Assembly: GCA_964401315.1 (NCBI GenBank)
Contig: CAYNYB010000017.1
Coordinates: 7,596-71,595 of the forward strand
Direction of reading: 5' to 3'
From: an uncultured Alistipes sp.
GTDB lineage: Bacteria; Bacillota; Clostridia; Oscillospirales; Ruminococcaceae
DNA: 64,000 nt
This document shows positions 1-8,388 of the stretch, one piece after another; within the stretch, counting starts at the first letter, position 1, and each line of letters begins with the position of its first letter. The position numbers were made by a program, and so were the translations under genes. Below the pieces are notes generated by a model that worked only from the letters and a program-made list of their open reading frames with translations, ran no database searches and was not told the origin of the DNA.

Positions 1-2
1 AT

Positions 3-497
3 ATAGTTATCAAACTCACATATCCGGAGTTGGCTTCGAAAAATTACGACTGGACGTCAAGTACAACAACGACTTCCACAACAGTGACAACCACATCTCC
101 CACGACTTCGACTACTACTTCCACGACAGCAACAACTACTTTCAAGACTACTGCAACTTCAAATGCCACATCTAAAGCTTCCACAGCCACTTCAACAACG
201 GTTGCCACAATGAAAACAACAACAAAATCTTCACCCTCGACAACTTCTACGCCCTCAACTACGACCGTCACATCGACGACCGCTCCCAAAGAGTTCGAAT
301 ACGGCGATCTCAATCATGACGGAAGAGTAACAATCGCTGATCTTGTTTACTGTGCAAGCTATGTTTTGGCGATTGAGAAAACAGAATATTCCTGTGATCT
401 CAACGATGACGGAAGAGTTGACGTTTACGATGTAGTTATTATGCGACAACTGTTATATGCAAAAATGCTTGCTGCTGTAAAGAGCATGACGAATTAA
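3..497 (+). CDS. 3' end of a dockerin-bearing secreted protein (Thr/Ser-rich linker plus C-terminal dockerin); 5' end lies outside the window
   Basis: Frame is open from position 3; poly-Thr linker; duplicated Ca-binding loops GDLNHDGRVTIADL and DLNDDGRVDVYD. Confidence 0.9.
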   Translation: MVIKLTYPELASKNYDWTSSTTTTSTTVTTTSPTTSTTTSTTATTTFKTTATSNATSKASTATSTTVATMKTTTKSSPSTTSTPSTTTVTSTTAPKEFEYGDLNHDGRVTIADLVYCASYVLAIEKTEYSCDLNDDGRVDVYDVVIMRQLLYAKMLAAVKSMTN

Positions 498-510
498 AGT
501 TGGCAAAACA

Positions 511-536
511 AAAATCCCCGATAATTCGGGGATTTT
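511..536. terminator. Bidirectional intrinsic terminator
   Basis: AAAATCCCCGA-taat-TCGGGGATTTT between convergent genes. Confidence 0.85.
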
Positions 537-541
537 ATATT

Positions 542-1321
542 TTAATGTATAGAATTTTTTATAATTAAAAGTTCATCGCGGTCAATGCAGTTCGCAAACG
601 AGTTGTCGTCCATTCCCGCGAGAAGTTCGTCTATCTCCGCCCAGCATACGGATTCGACCTCGGAGTCCTGAAGAACAAGAGCATTATCGTCAACGTGCTT
701 ACGGCAGAGATATACAGCTCGTATTTCATTGTCGCATATTTCTCCGCAGCTATAGCAGGATTTATGAAATCCAAGGAAATCCAGATCATGCTCGACGATT
801 TTCAATCCAAGTTCTTCTTCGACTTCACGAACTGCGGAAATTCTAAATTCCTCACTCTGCGGCACATGACCTGCGGCGGAAACGTCATAACATTCGGGAT
901 GTATCTTCTTTTTATCCGATCTTTTCTGCAAAAGCACATAAACTCCCATATCCTTCTCCATAACTATCCACACATGGACAGCCGGATGAAGATCGCCGTC
1001 ACGATGAACAAGACAGCGAGGCTTCGCCTCCGAAAGCATATGATGATCATCGTCAACAAGATTCAGAAATTCACTTTTTATTATCTGATAAGAAATACTG
1101 TCGCCATATTTGTCGAATACGGCAAGAATTTCATCAACCGTTTTATTCGGTTCGCTTTCCGTGGAAACATAAAGATTGAAATTAAAATTTGATCCGTCAT
1201 TCTTTAAAAAAACGTCCAATGAATCGACATCGGTAATGCCGGAATTGATTTTTAAAGCCATTTCCGCGAAAATATCGCTTTCTGATGACAGTCGGTTAAG
1301 ATAAATTTCAATATCATCCAT
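542..1321 (-). CDS. NUDIX hydrolase (IDI-like subgroup) with ~80-aa N-terminal extension
   Basis: Nudix box AAGHVPQSEEFRISAVREVEEELG; HPAVHVWI and LLQKRS motifs; SD GGAGA before ATG at 1321. Confidence 0.8.
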   Translation of the reverse strand: MDDIEIYLNRLSSESDIFAEMALKINSGITDVDSLDVFLKNDGSNFNFNLYVSTESEPNKTVDEILAVFDKYGDSISYQIIKSEFLNLVDDDHHMLSEAKPRCLVHRDGDLHPAVHVWIVMEKDMGVYVLLQKRSDKKKIHPECYDVSAAGHVPQSEEFRISAVREVEEELGLKIVEHDLDFLGFHKSCYSCGEICDNEIRAVYLCRKHVDDNALVLQDSEVESVCWAEIDELLAGMDDNSFANCIDRDELLIIKNSIH

Positions 1322-1430
1322 AATAAAATCTCCCATGCAAAAAATTTCAGCGTTGTTATTATATACCTTTCAGAATAAAATGTCAACCTTTTTCGCTAAA
1401 TTTTCATGCAGAAAACTACTCAACAATCTT

Positions 1431-1841
1431 TCAGGAATTCTTATGAAATCCTACAGTCTTTACGTCGGCAGCGATATTTCCGAGATCGTCAGTTACCATA
1501 ATATGATAACAGCATACCGAGCGTCCGTTCTTCACAAGAGTTGCTTCGGCTGTAAGCTTGTTTCCCTTGACAGCTCCTATAAAGGCAATATCGGTACTGA
1601 GAGCAACTGTACCCATTTGCTGCCAGTTAGCGGCTACGGCAAAGGCAAAATCCGCAAGAGTGAAATGCACTCCGCCCATAACTCCGCCCATTGCGTTTCG
1701 GTGGATATCTTTCAGTTCAACACTGCATTTTGCATAATGATCGCCGATTTCCTCGACAATCATTCCGTTTTCCGAGGCGAACTTATCGCCCTTGAATATT
1801 GCTCGTACCTTTTCAAGATTTTCTGAATAATCACTGTTCAT
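1431..1841 (-). CDS. PaaI-family hotdog-fold acyl-CoA thioesterase
   Basis: HRNAMGGVMGGVHFTLADFAFA motif; directly downstream of the acyl-CoA ligase; SD AAGGTG. Confidence 0.88.
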   Translation of the reverse strand: MNSDYSENLEKVRAIFKGDKFASENGMIVEEIGDHYAKCSVELKDIHRNAMGGVMGGVHFTLADFAFAVAANWQQMGTVALSTDIAFIGAVKGNKLTAEATLVKNGRSVCCYHIMVTDDLGNIAADVKTVGFHKNS

Positions 1842-1851
1842 TCTGCTCACC

Positions 1852-3486
1852 TTAATTCTTTATCTGCGACGCCACAAGACTCTCTCCGCAGTAGATCTCG
1901 CGAAGCTTCGGCTTTTCTATCTTACCCGTGGGATTTCGCGGTACATCGGCAAAAACAATCTTATGAGGACGCTTGTATCTGGGCATTTTCTGACAAAATG
2001 CGTTTATCTCATCTTCGCTGCATATCATTCCGTCTTTCACGGAAATTATAGCGGCGGCAATTTCACCAAGACGCTTATCGGGAAGTCCGATAACCGCAAC
2101 ATCTTTTACAGCAGGGTGCGAACGGAGGAAATCCTCGATCTGAACGGGATAAAGATTTTCACCGCCGCTTATGATAACATCTTTCTTGCGGTCAACAAGG
2201 AAAATGAAACCGTCCTCGTCCTCCTGAGCCATATCGCCCGTAAGAAGCCAACCATCGCGAAGGCTTTCCGCCGTGGCTTTTTCATCGCGGTAATAGCAGG
2301 TCATAACTCCCGGCCCTTTTACATAAAGTTCTCCCACTTCTCCGCGCGCAACGGTATTTCCATTTTCATCGGCAATTTTTACTTCCCAGCCGAATCCGGC
2401 CTTGCCGATCGCTCCGACCTTATGTATATTTTCAACTCCGAGATGAACGCAGCCCGGTCCGATAGATTCGCTGAGACCGTAATTCGTGTCATACTGATGA
2501 TTCGGGAAATGTTCTTTCCAGCGCGCGATAAGCGACGGCGGAACAGGCTGAGCGCCGATATGCATGAGCCGCCACTGAGACAGCGAATAATCCTCAACAT
2601 TTATCTCACCTCGGTCTATCGCGTCAAGAATATCCTGCGCCCACGGAACGAGAAGCCATACGATAGTGCATTTTTCATTCGAAACGGTCTCGATTATCGA
2701 CTTCGGTTTTACGCCTTTCAGGAGAATTGCTTTGCTTCCCGAAAAGAGACTTCCGAACCAGTGCATTTTCGCGCCGGTATGATAAAGCGGAGGAATGCAT
2801 AGAAAAACGTCGTCATTAGTCTGACCGTGGTGATTCTGCTCAACCTTAGCCGAATGAACAAGGCTTTCATGATTATGAAGTATCGCCTTGGGAAATCCGG
2901 TCGTCCCCGATGAAAAATAAATAGCAGCGTCGTCGCTGTCGGTAAGCTTTACATCGGGAGCGGTGCTTGAACAATTTGCAACATTACTGTCGTAATGCTC
3001 CGCAAAAGACGGGCAGCCCTCCCCAACGTAAAACAGCAGTCTGTTGCGGCTTATTTCCTCAGCTATCTCCTCAACTCTTCCGATAAATTCAGGTCCGAAC
3101 ATAAGCACGTCGACCTCCGCCAATTCAAGGCAGTATTTTATCTCATCAGCAGTATATCTGAAATTGAGCGGCACGGCAAGAGCGCCTGTTTTGAGTATCC
3201 CGAAATAAATGGGCAGCCATTCAAGGCAGTTCATGAGAAGTATGCCTACTTTATCGCCCTTTCTTACTCCCCTTTCGAGAAGCATATTCGCAAAACGGTT
3301 AGCTTTTTCATCAAAAACCTTCCATGTTATCTCGCGCCGATAACAGCATTCGGGATTCGGCTCGATAAGTTCATATTCTTTCCATGTTACGCGCCTGTTC
3401 TCGGTGATCTCGGGATTTACCTCGACAAGGGCAATATTATTTCCGTAAAGCTGCGCATTTCTTTCAAGTAATTCTGTAATAGGCAT
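1852..3486 (-). CDS. AMP-forming acyl-CoA ligase (class I adenylate-forming enzyme)
   Basis: AMP-binding YFSSGTTGFPK, YGLSE, TGD...DRKKD and PRNPTGKIEK motifs. Confidence 0.93.
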   Translation of the reverse strand: MPITELLERNAQLYGNNIALVEVNPEITENRRVTWKEYELIEPNPECCYRREITWKVFDEKANRFANMLLERGVRKGDKVGILLMNCLEWLPIYFGILKTGALAVPLNFRYTADEIKYCLELAEVDVLMFGPEFIGRVEEIAEEISRNRLLFYVGEGCPSFAEHYDSNVANCSSTAPDVKLTDSDDAAIYFSSGTTGFPKAILHNHESLVHSAKVEQNHHGQTNDDVFLCIPPLYHTGAKMHWFGSLFSGSKAILLKGVKPKSIIETVSNEKCTIVWLLVPWAQDILDAIDRGEINVEDYSLSQWRLMHIGAQPVPPSLIARWKEHFPNHQYDTNYGLSESIGPGCVHLGVENIHKVGAIGKAGFGWEVKIADENGNTVARGEVGELYVKGPGVMTCYYRDEKATAESLRDGWLLTGDMAQEDEDGFIFLVDRKKDVIISGGENLYPVQIEDFLRSHPAVKDVAVIGLPDKRLGEIAAAIISVKDGMICSEDEINAFCQKMPRYKRPHKIVFADVPRNPTGKIEKPKLREIYCGESLVASQIKN

Positions 3487-3859
3487 CGAATTATTATCCT
3501 TTCAATTTTCTGAAAACAAGTTATGAATCTGCCATAAAATTTTTAAGCAGAGCAATATATATAATTTTAGCACAAAAAAGCGAAAAAGTAAATAGAAATC
3601 CACTAATCATTTTGTACAAATTTAATATATAATAATTGTAGATTGATACAAAATCATTTAACGCATTTCGAAACTGTTGTGTAGATGCACAAAAAAACAT
3701 GGTGTACAATGTGCAAAACGACGATTTTTTTGTAATTTTACATTTTGCTCTTTTATTTTTATGAAAATATGATATAATAATATTATATTATAATGAAATT
3801 GTTGTATACTTTTGAACTTGTTATGAGCAATATCGTATACAGCAGACGGGAGATGCTAA

Positions 3860-5752
3860 ATGAACTTAGGAAAAGTAATTGATATTGCCGTTTTCGTTGC
3901 AGGTCTCGACGAAGAATATCAGAATAATATTATTGTCGGCATAAACGAATTTGCCCGCAAAAACAATATAAACGTATCGTATTTTTCGGCTTTCGGCGGT
4001 ATGATCGACAGTAAACTCTTCGATATAGGCGAATATGCTATCTACAAGCTTGCCAATTTAAAAAAATTTGACGCGGCTATATTGATGACCAACACCATCA
4101 ACGACGATTCTGTAAAGGAAAGCATTATTAATCGGATAAAAGCTTCCGGAATTCCCGCTGTTGTTTTTGACTGCGACGAATTTCCGGAATTTCACAATAT
4201 CAGCATTAACAATACCAAAGCAATGCGCGATATGGTGCGCCATGTCATAACCGAACACGGCGCAAAAGTAATCAACTACATATCGGGTCCTATGTCAAAC
4301 CCCGAAGCGGTCGAGCGTCTGCTTGCTTTCCGTGATGTTATGGCGGAAAACGGGCTTACCGTTGAGGAAAACCGCATTTATTACGGTGAATTTCGCCGCT
4401 ACGACGGTCATGATGCTATTGAGGAATACATGAAATCGGGACTGCCGCTTCCCGATGCGTTCATATGCGCTAACGACGCTATGGCGCTGACTGCTATCAG
4501 CACTCTCGAAAAATACGGATTCTGTATCCCCCTCGACGTTATAGTGACGGGATTCGACCACACGTTCAGCGCAAGAAATTATTGTCCTGCTCTCACAACG
4601 GTTTCACGTCCGCTTTTCAAACTTGGCAGTCTGGCTTGCAACGTTATTCTCGATCTTCTCAACGGTAAAGAGCCTAAATACAATGAACTGGAAGCTTCCT
4701 GCGTTTTTACCGAAAGCTGCGGCTGCGGCTCGCTTGCGCCCGATAATTTCAGCGAATTCCGCAAGACCATGTACAATAAAAACGAATACGCAAACGATAA
4801 TGTTCATAAGCTGAACATTCTTGCAGCCAAACTTGCCGAAACTGAAAATGCAACCGAACTTTTCGGCGTTATTCAGAATTTCGTTGAAGAACTCGACTGC
4901 GAGCGTTTTTCACTCTGCATGACAAGCAACTGGCAGGAAGCTTTTGCCGATGTGGATTCCGATCTGTATGAAAGCATGACTTCGCCGTTCGTCTGGGATA
5001 AAGGTGAACTGAACAATGTTGAATATTTCCGCGGAAGCAATATGTTCCCCATTCCTCAGGAAAGCAGCGGCAACATAAATTATTTTCTTCCTCTCCATTT
5101 CCGCAATAAAACTCTCGGATATTATATCATTACAAACGGCGATTTCCCAATAAATCTGCTTTGCCATACATTCTCCATGAATATCAGCCATTCAATCGAA
5201 AATCTCCGTAAACTCACCCACATCAATAAAGCTATGGAAGAATTGAACAAAGTCTATGTTATTGATCCGCTTTGCGATATTTACAACAGAAACGGCTTTA
5301 TCAAGTTTTCCGATGAGATCTTCAAAAGCAGCGTTTCCGAAAATAAGAAAATCATGCTGACATTTATCGATATGGACGGACTGAAATATATTAACGATAA
5401 TTACGGTCACGACGAAGGAGATTTCGCGATCAGACAGTTTGCTTTTGTTATTAAGGAATGCTGCCGTCCAGGCGTTATATGCGCGCGATTCGGCGGTGAT
5501 GAATTCGTGATTTTTGATCCAAGCGCCACTGATGATTCCTCTGACTTGCTTGAAAAGCGTTTCAGCGCAAAGTTGGCAAGCATAAACAATATTATCAATA
5601 AGCCATACAGCATTTCCGCAAGTCTCGGAAGCTACGTTACGACTGTAGGCATCGGAGATACTCTTTACAAAATTGTAAAGCAGGCTGATGAACTTATGTA
5701 TGAAGTCAAAAAACAAAAAAAGAATTCCCGTGCAGGACGCGACGGAAAGTAA
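3860..5752 (+). CDS. Diguanylate cyclase with N-terminal LacI-type sugar-binding domain
   Basis: Periplasmic-binding-fold motifs (ICANDAMA, VTGFDH, ALTTVSRP); C-terminal DMDGLKYINDNYGH and intact RFGGDEF. Confidence 0.88.
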   Translation: MNLGKVIDIAVFVAGLDEEYQNNIIVGINEFARKNNINVSYFSAFGGMIDSKLFDIGEYAIYKLANLKKFDAAILMTNTINDDSVKESIINRIKASGIPAVVFDCDEFPEFHNISINNTKAMRDMVRHVITEHGAKVINYISGPMSNPEAVERLLAFRDVMAENGLTVEENRIYYGEFRRYDGHDAIEEYMKSGLPLPDAFICANDAMALTAISTLEKYGFCIPLDVIVTGFDHTFSARNYCPALTTVSRPLFKLGSLACNVILDLLNGKEPKYNELEASCVFTESCGCGSLAPDNFSEFRKTMYNKNEYANDNVHKLNILAAKLAETENATELFGVIQNFVEELDCERFSLCMTSNWQEAFADVDSDLYESMTSPFVWDKGELNNVEYFRGSNMFPIPQESSGNINYFLPLHFRNKTLGYYIITNGDFPINLLCHTFSMNISHSIENLRKLTHINKAMEELNKVYVIDPLCDIYNRNGFIKFSDEIFKSSVSENKKIMLTFIDMDGLKYINDNYGHDEGDFAIRQFAFVIKECCRPGVICARFGGDEFVIFDPSATDDSSDLLEKRFSAKLASINNIINKPYSISASLGSYVTTVGIGDTLYKIVKQADELMYEVKKQKKNSRAGRDGK

Positions 5753-5807
5753 GAACTTGTTCTTATTCATATACTCCCCTCTATTCTAAACCCTAACAAT
5801 CTTCCAA
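5751..5807. repeat. Truncated left end of a family-C palindromic element
   Basis: AGAACTTGTTCTTATTCATATACTCCCCTCTATTCTAAACCCTAACAATCTTCC aligns with 13026-13079. Confidence 0.7.
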
Positions 5808-5854
5808 GTATAAAAACCAAAAGCCGATGCTTGAATGCATCGGCTTTGCTGTAG

Positions 5855-7147
5855 TTATTCTGTTTCGGGCAGTGATTTTAACACACCTGCATCAAGCTTC
5901 TGAATAGCAAGAGCGTCAGCAGCCGTCACGCCGTCGCCAACGTTGCTGCAATCGGCATTTTTCATGCCATGCTCCGTAAGATTATATTCGTCTTTGTTTG
6001 TCAGGAATTGAAGAATCAGCGTAGCGTCAGCGATCTCGACTTTACCATCGCAGTTCGCGTCGCCGTAAACAACCTTTTCAGCGGAATTTGTCCATACGCC
6101 ATCGAGAGAAATTCCAAGTCCGGGAAGCGCTCCGTAAATCAGATATTCATCTCCGGGCTGATATATTTTTCCTTCACTGTCTTTCCAACCTGAGAAATAT
6201 TTGCCATTATCGGGCGCGTCGGGTTCGGGGCAGACTATAGTTTCATCGGTTTTACCCTTTACTTTAATGCTTTTTCCACCGTTTCCGCTATCAAATACGA
6301 TAACATAGTTTTTAGGCTCCCATACCGCCGTAAATGTTATGTCCTCATCAGGCAACGTTACTGATTGAAGCGGCTTGTAAATCTGACCGTCATAATCGGA
6401 AAGCCAGCCTGTAAGATTAAATCCCATACGTGAAAAACGATCGCTTTGCGCAAGCTCAGTACTGGATTTGCCATTTTTTTGATAAATGTTGATATCATTT
6501 CCAACAAGTCTGTCCACGTTGCCTGCATAATATGTGAGATTTATATATTTTATCCACTGCGGTGTAATTACAACGTCTTCAGCAGGCATTATAAATCGCT
6601 TTTCGAATGAAAGCGGATAATCCTCGCCCAAGATAAGTCCGTTTGAAAATCCATCGTCAAGTGAAATCCTTGTATAATCGGGCGTTATGATCATTCCCTC
6701 CACAGCCTCGATATCCTCAAGCCATTCGGGATATTCAAGAACCTCGCCGTTATATTCCAGATTATACGAAACCGTATGCACGTTCGTATCTTTTGAACCA
6801 TACCAGACAGGCTCAAAAACCACTTCTGTCACATCGTTTGTAATAACATATGTATCGCCGGGGAGATACCCTTCGATTCCGTCAATCGTCCAGCCGCTGA
6901 ATTGATAACCTTCCTTAATAAAAGTTCCTTTCGGAATATTTATGTACTTATAATTTGTTGTTGTATCATCAAAAAGCGTAACGTCAACCTTTGGTGCAGG
7001 CTCCATATCGTCGGTTATATTAAATCTGAATGTGTACTGCACAGGTTCGGAATCTGCCGCTGCTGCTACGAATCTGCCGAACGCTCCGCATAACGACATT
7101 GTGACTGCCGAAAGAAGAGCCGTCGTTTTTATAAGTGTTTTTTTCAT
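5855..7147 (-). CDS. Secreted non-catalytic dockerin protein with Listeria-Bacteroides (InlB B-like) repeats
   Basis: Signal peptide; repeated GYxFxGW...Y.PG...F..VW units; C-terminal dockerin VYGDANCDGKVEIAD. Confidence 0.82.
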   Translation of the reverse strand: MKKTLIKTTALLSAVTMSLCGAFGRFVAAAADSEPVQYTFRFNITDDMEPAPKVDVTLFDDTTTNYKYINIPKGTFIKEGYQFSGWTIDGIEGYLPGDTYVITNDVTEVVFEPVWYGSKDTNVHTVSYNLEYNGEVLEYPEWLEDIEAVEGMIITPDYTRISLDDGFSNGLILGEDYPLSFEKRFIMPAEDVVITPQWIKYINLTYYAGNVDRLVGNDINIYQKNGKSSTELAQSDRFSRMGFNLTGWLSDYDGQIYKPLQSVTLPDEDITFTAVWEPKNYVIVFDSGNGGKSIKVKGKTDETIVCPEPDAPDNGKYFSGWKDSEGKIYQPGDEYLIYGALPGLGISLDGVWTNSAEKVVYGDANCDGKVEIADATLILQFLTNKDEYNLTEHGMKNADCSNVGDGVTAADALAIQKLDAGVLKSLPETE

Positions 7148-7177
7148 TTTTCCCTCACATTCCGATGCTCCGCGGCA

Positions 7178-7354
7178 TCATCTGAAGCTGTTTGTTTCTT
7201 TATCGTATTTATAGCCGACGAATTCAAGCTTGCGTTCAATTTCATCGCGTGAAACGCACAGGCTGCCGCATAACTCGTCAAGATCGGAAAATTCATCACG
7301 CAGCTTTGTATTAATAAAACTAAGAAGAATAATTGGATCGTTCGGAATATTCAT
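7178..7354 (-). CDS. DUF4250-like small protein (58 aa; below the ORF-track cutoff)
   Basis: Hand translation MNIPNDPIILLSFINTKLRDEFSDLDELCGSL...KLEFVGYKYDKETNSFR; SD CAGGAGG. Confidence 0.8.
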   Translation of the reverse strand: MNIPNDPIILLSFINTKLRDEFSDLDELCGSLCVSRDEIERKLEFVGYKYDKETNSFR

Positions 7355-7743
7355 ATAATTGTCCTCCTGAATTTTTAAAGACTGTTCAGTATCTTACTGC
7401 CGAAGCCGTGCTAAAAGCTTCGACAAATGTCATGCAGCTATCCTCGTCTTGATATAAATATACAATAAATATATATATTTGTCAATGATTTTTTAGAAAA
7501 TCAATATGAGAATTTTATGTTAATTTGATATATTTTTTTCAGTACTATCTGCTATCACTTAAATAAAAATACCAAAAATCTTTTTGTTAGACAATACTAA
7601 CCAATTTTCAACATTTTCTTTTGTGCAAAATAAACAAGAAATTCACCGTTAATTAGTCTAAAAAAGCGATAGAATTTTTTTTGATTATATGTTATAATAC
7701 ATAAGAGATATGTGGGTGGTAATATAACTGTCGGTAAGCGGTT

Positions 7744-7761
7744 TTGTTATTTATTTCACAT
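7744..7761. promoter_or_regulatory. Candidate Rex operator upstream of hydCBA
   Basis: TTGTTATTTATTTCACAT resembles TTGT(G/T)A-N6-T(C/A)ACAA; lies downstream of an extended -10 (TGtTATAAT near 7690). Confidence 0.5.
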
Positions 7762-7863
7762 TATAGTTGATCGATAATCATTTTGATTTCCGAACAGGTC
7801 TCTATTATGTCCGGTACGAAGTCCATCTTCGTGCAGACTAAGTTTAAAGGAGGTTCATCTTAC

Positions 7864-8361
7864 ATGAATTCAGCTAAATCTACAGTTCCTTTCAAAGGCA
7901 CTAAGGAACAGGAAGCTCAGCTTCTCGCTGTTATTGCCGAGAAGAAGGACACACAGGGTGCGCTTATGCCCATTCTGCAAAAGGCTCAGGAAATTTACGG
8001 CTACCTCCCCATTGAGGTTCAGACAATTATTTCCGACAACACAGGTATTCCGCTTGAGAAAATCTACGGCGTTGTAACTTTTTACGCTCAGTTCTCTCTC
8101 TTCCCCAAGGGCGAATACACTATTTCCGTTTGTCTCGGTACTGCCTGCTACGTTAAAGGCTCGGGCGATATTTACGACAAGCTTCAGGAAAAACTTGGAA
8201 TCGCCGGCGGCGAATGCACTCCCGACGGAAAGTTCTCTCTGGAAGCCTGCCGCTGCATAGGCGCTTGCGGTCTTGCCCCTGTTCTTACCGTCAATGAGGA
8301 CGTTTACGGACGTCTTACCGTGGACGATGTTGATAAAATCATCGAAAAGTATACTGCATAA
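7864..8361 (+). CDS. hydC: Electron-bifurcating [FeFe]-hydrogenase gamma subunit (NuoE-like)
   Basis: [2Fe-2S] motifs CLGTAC and CIGACGLAP; SD AAAGGAGG before ATG at 7864. Confidence 0.92.
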   Translation: MNSAKSTVPFKGTKEQEAQLLAVIAEKKDTQGALMPILQKAQEIYGYLPIEVQTIISDNTGIPLEKIYGVVTFYAQFSLFPKGEYTISVCLGTACYVKGSGDIYDKLQEKLGIAGGECTPDGKFSLEACRCIGACGLAPVLTVNEDVYGRLTVDDVDKIIEKYTA

Positions 8362-8388
8362 TATACATAACTGTTAGGAGGTTAACTT

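Noticed and set aside
60-290. Tandem-repeat appearance of ACN-rich DNA
   Set aside because: Explained by the Thr/Ser linker of the dockerin protein.
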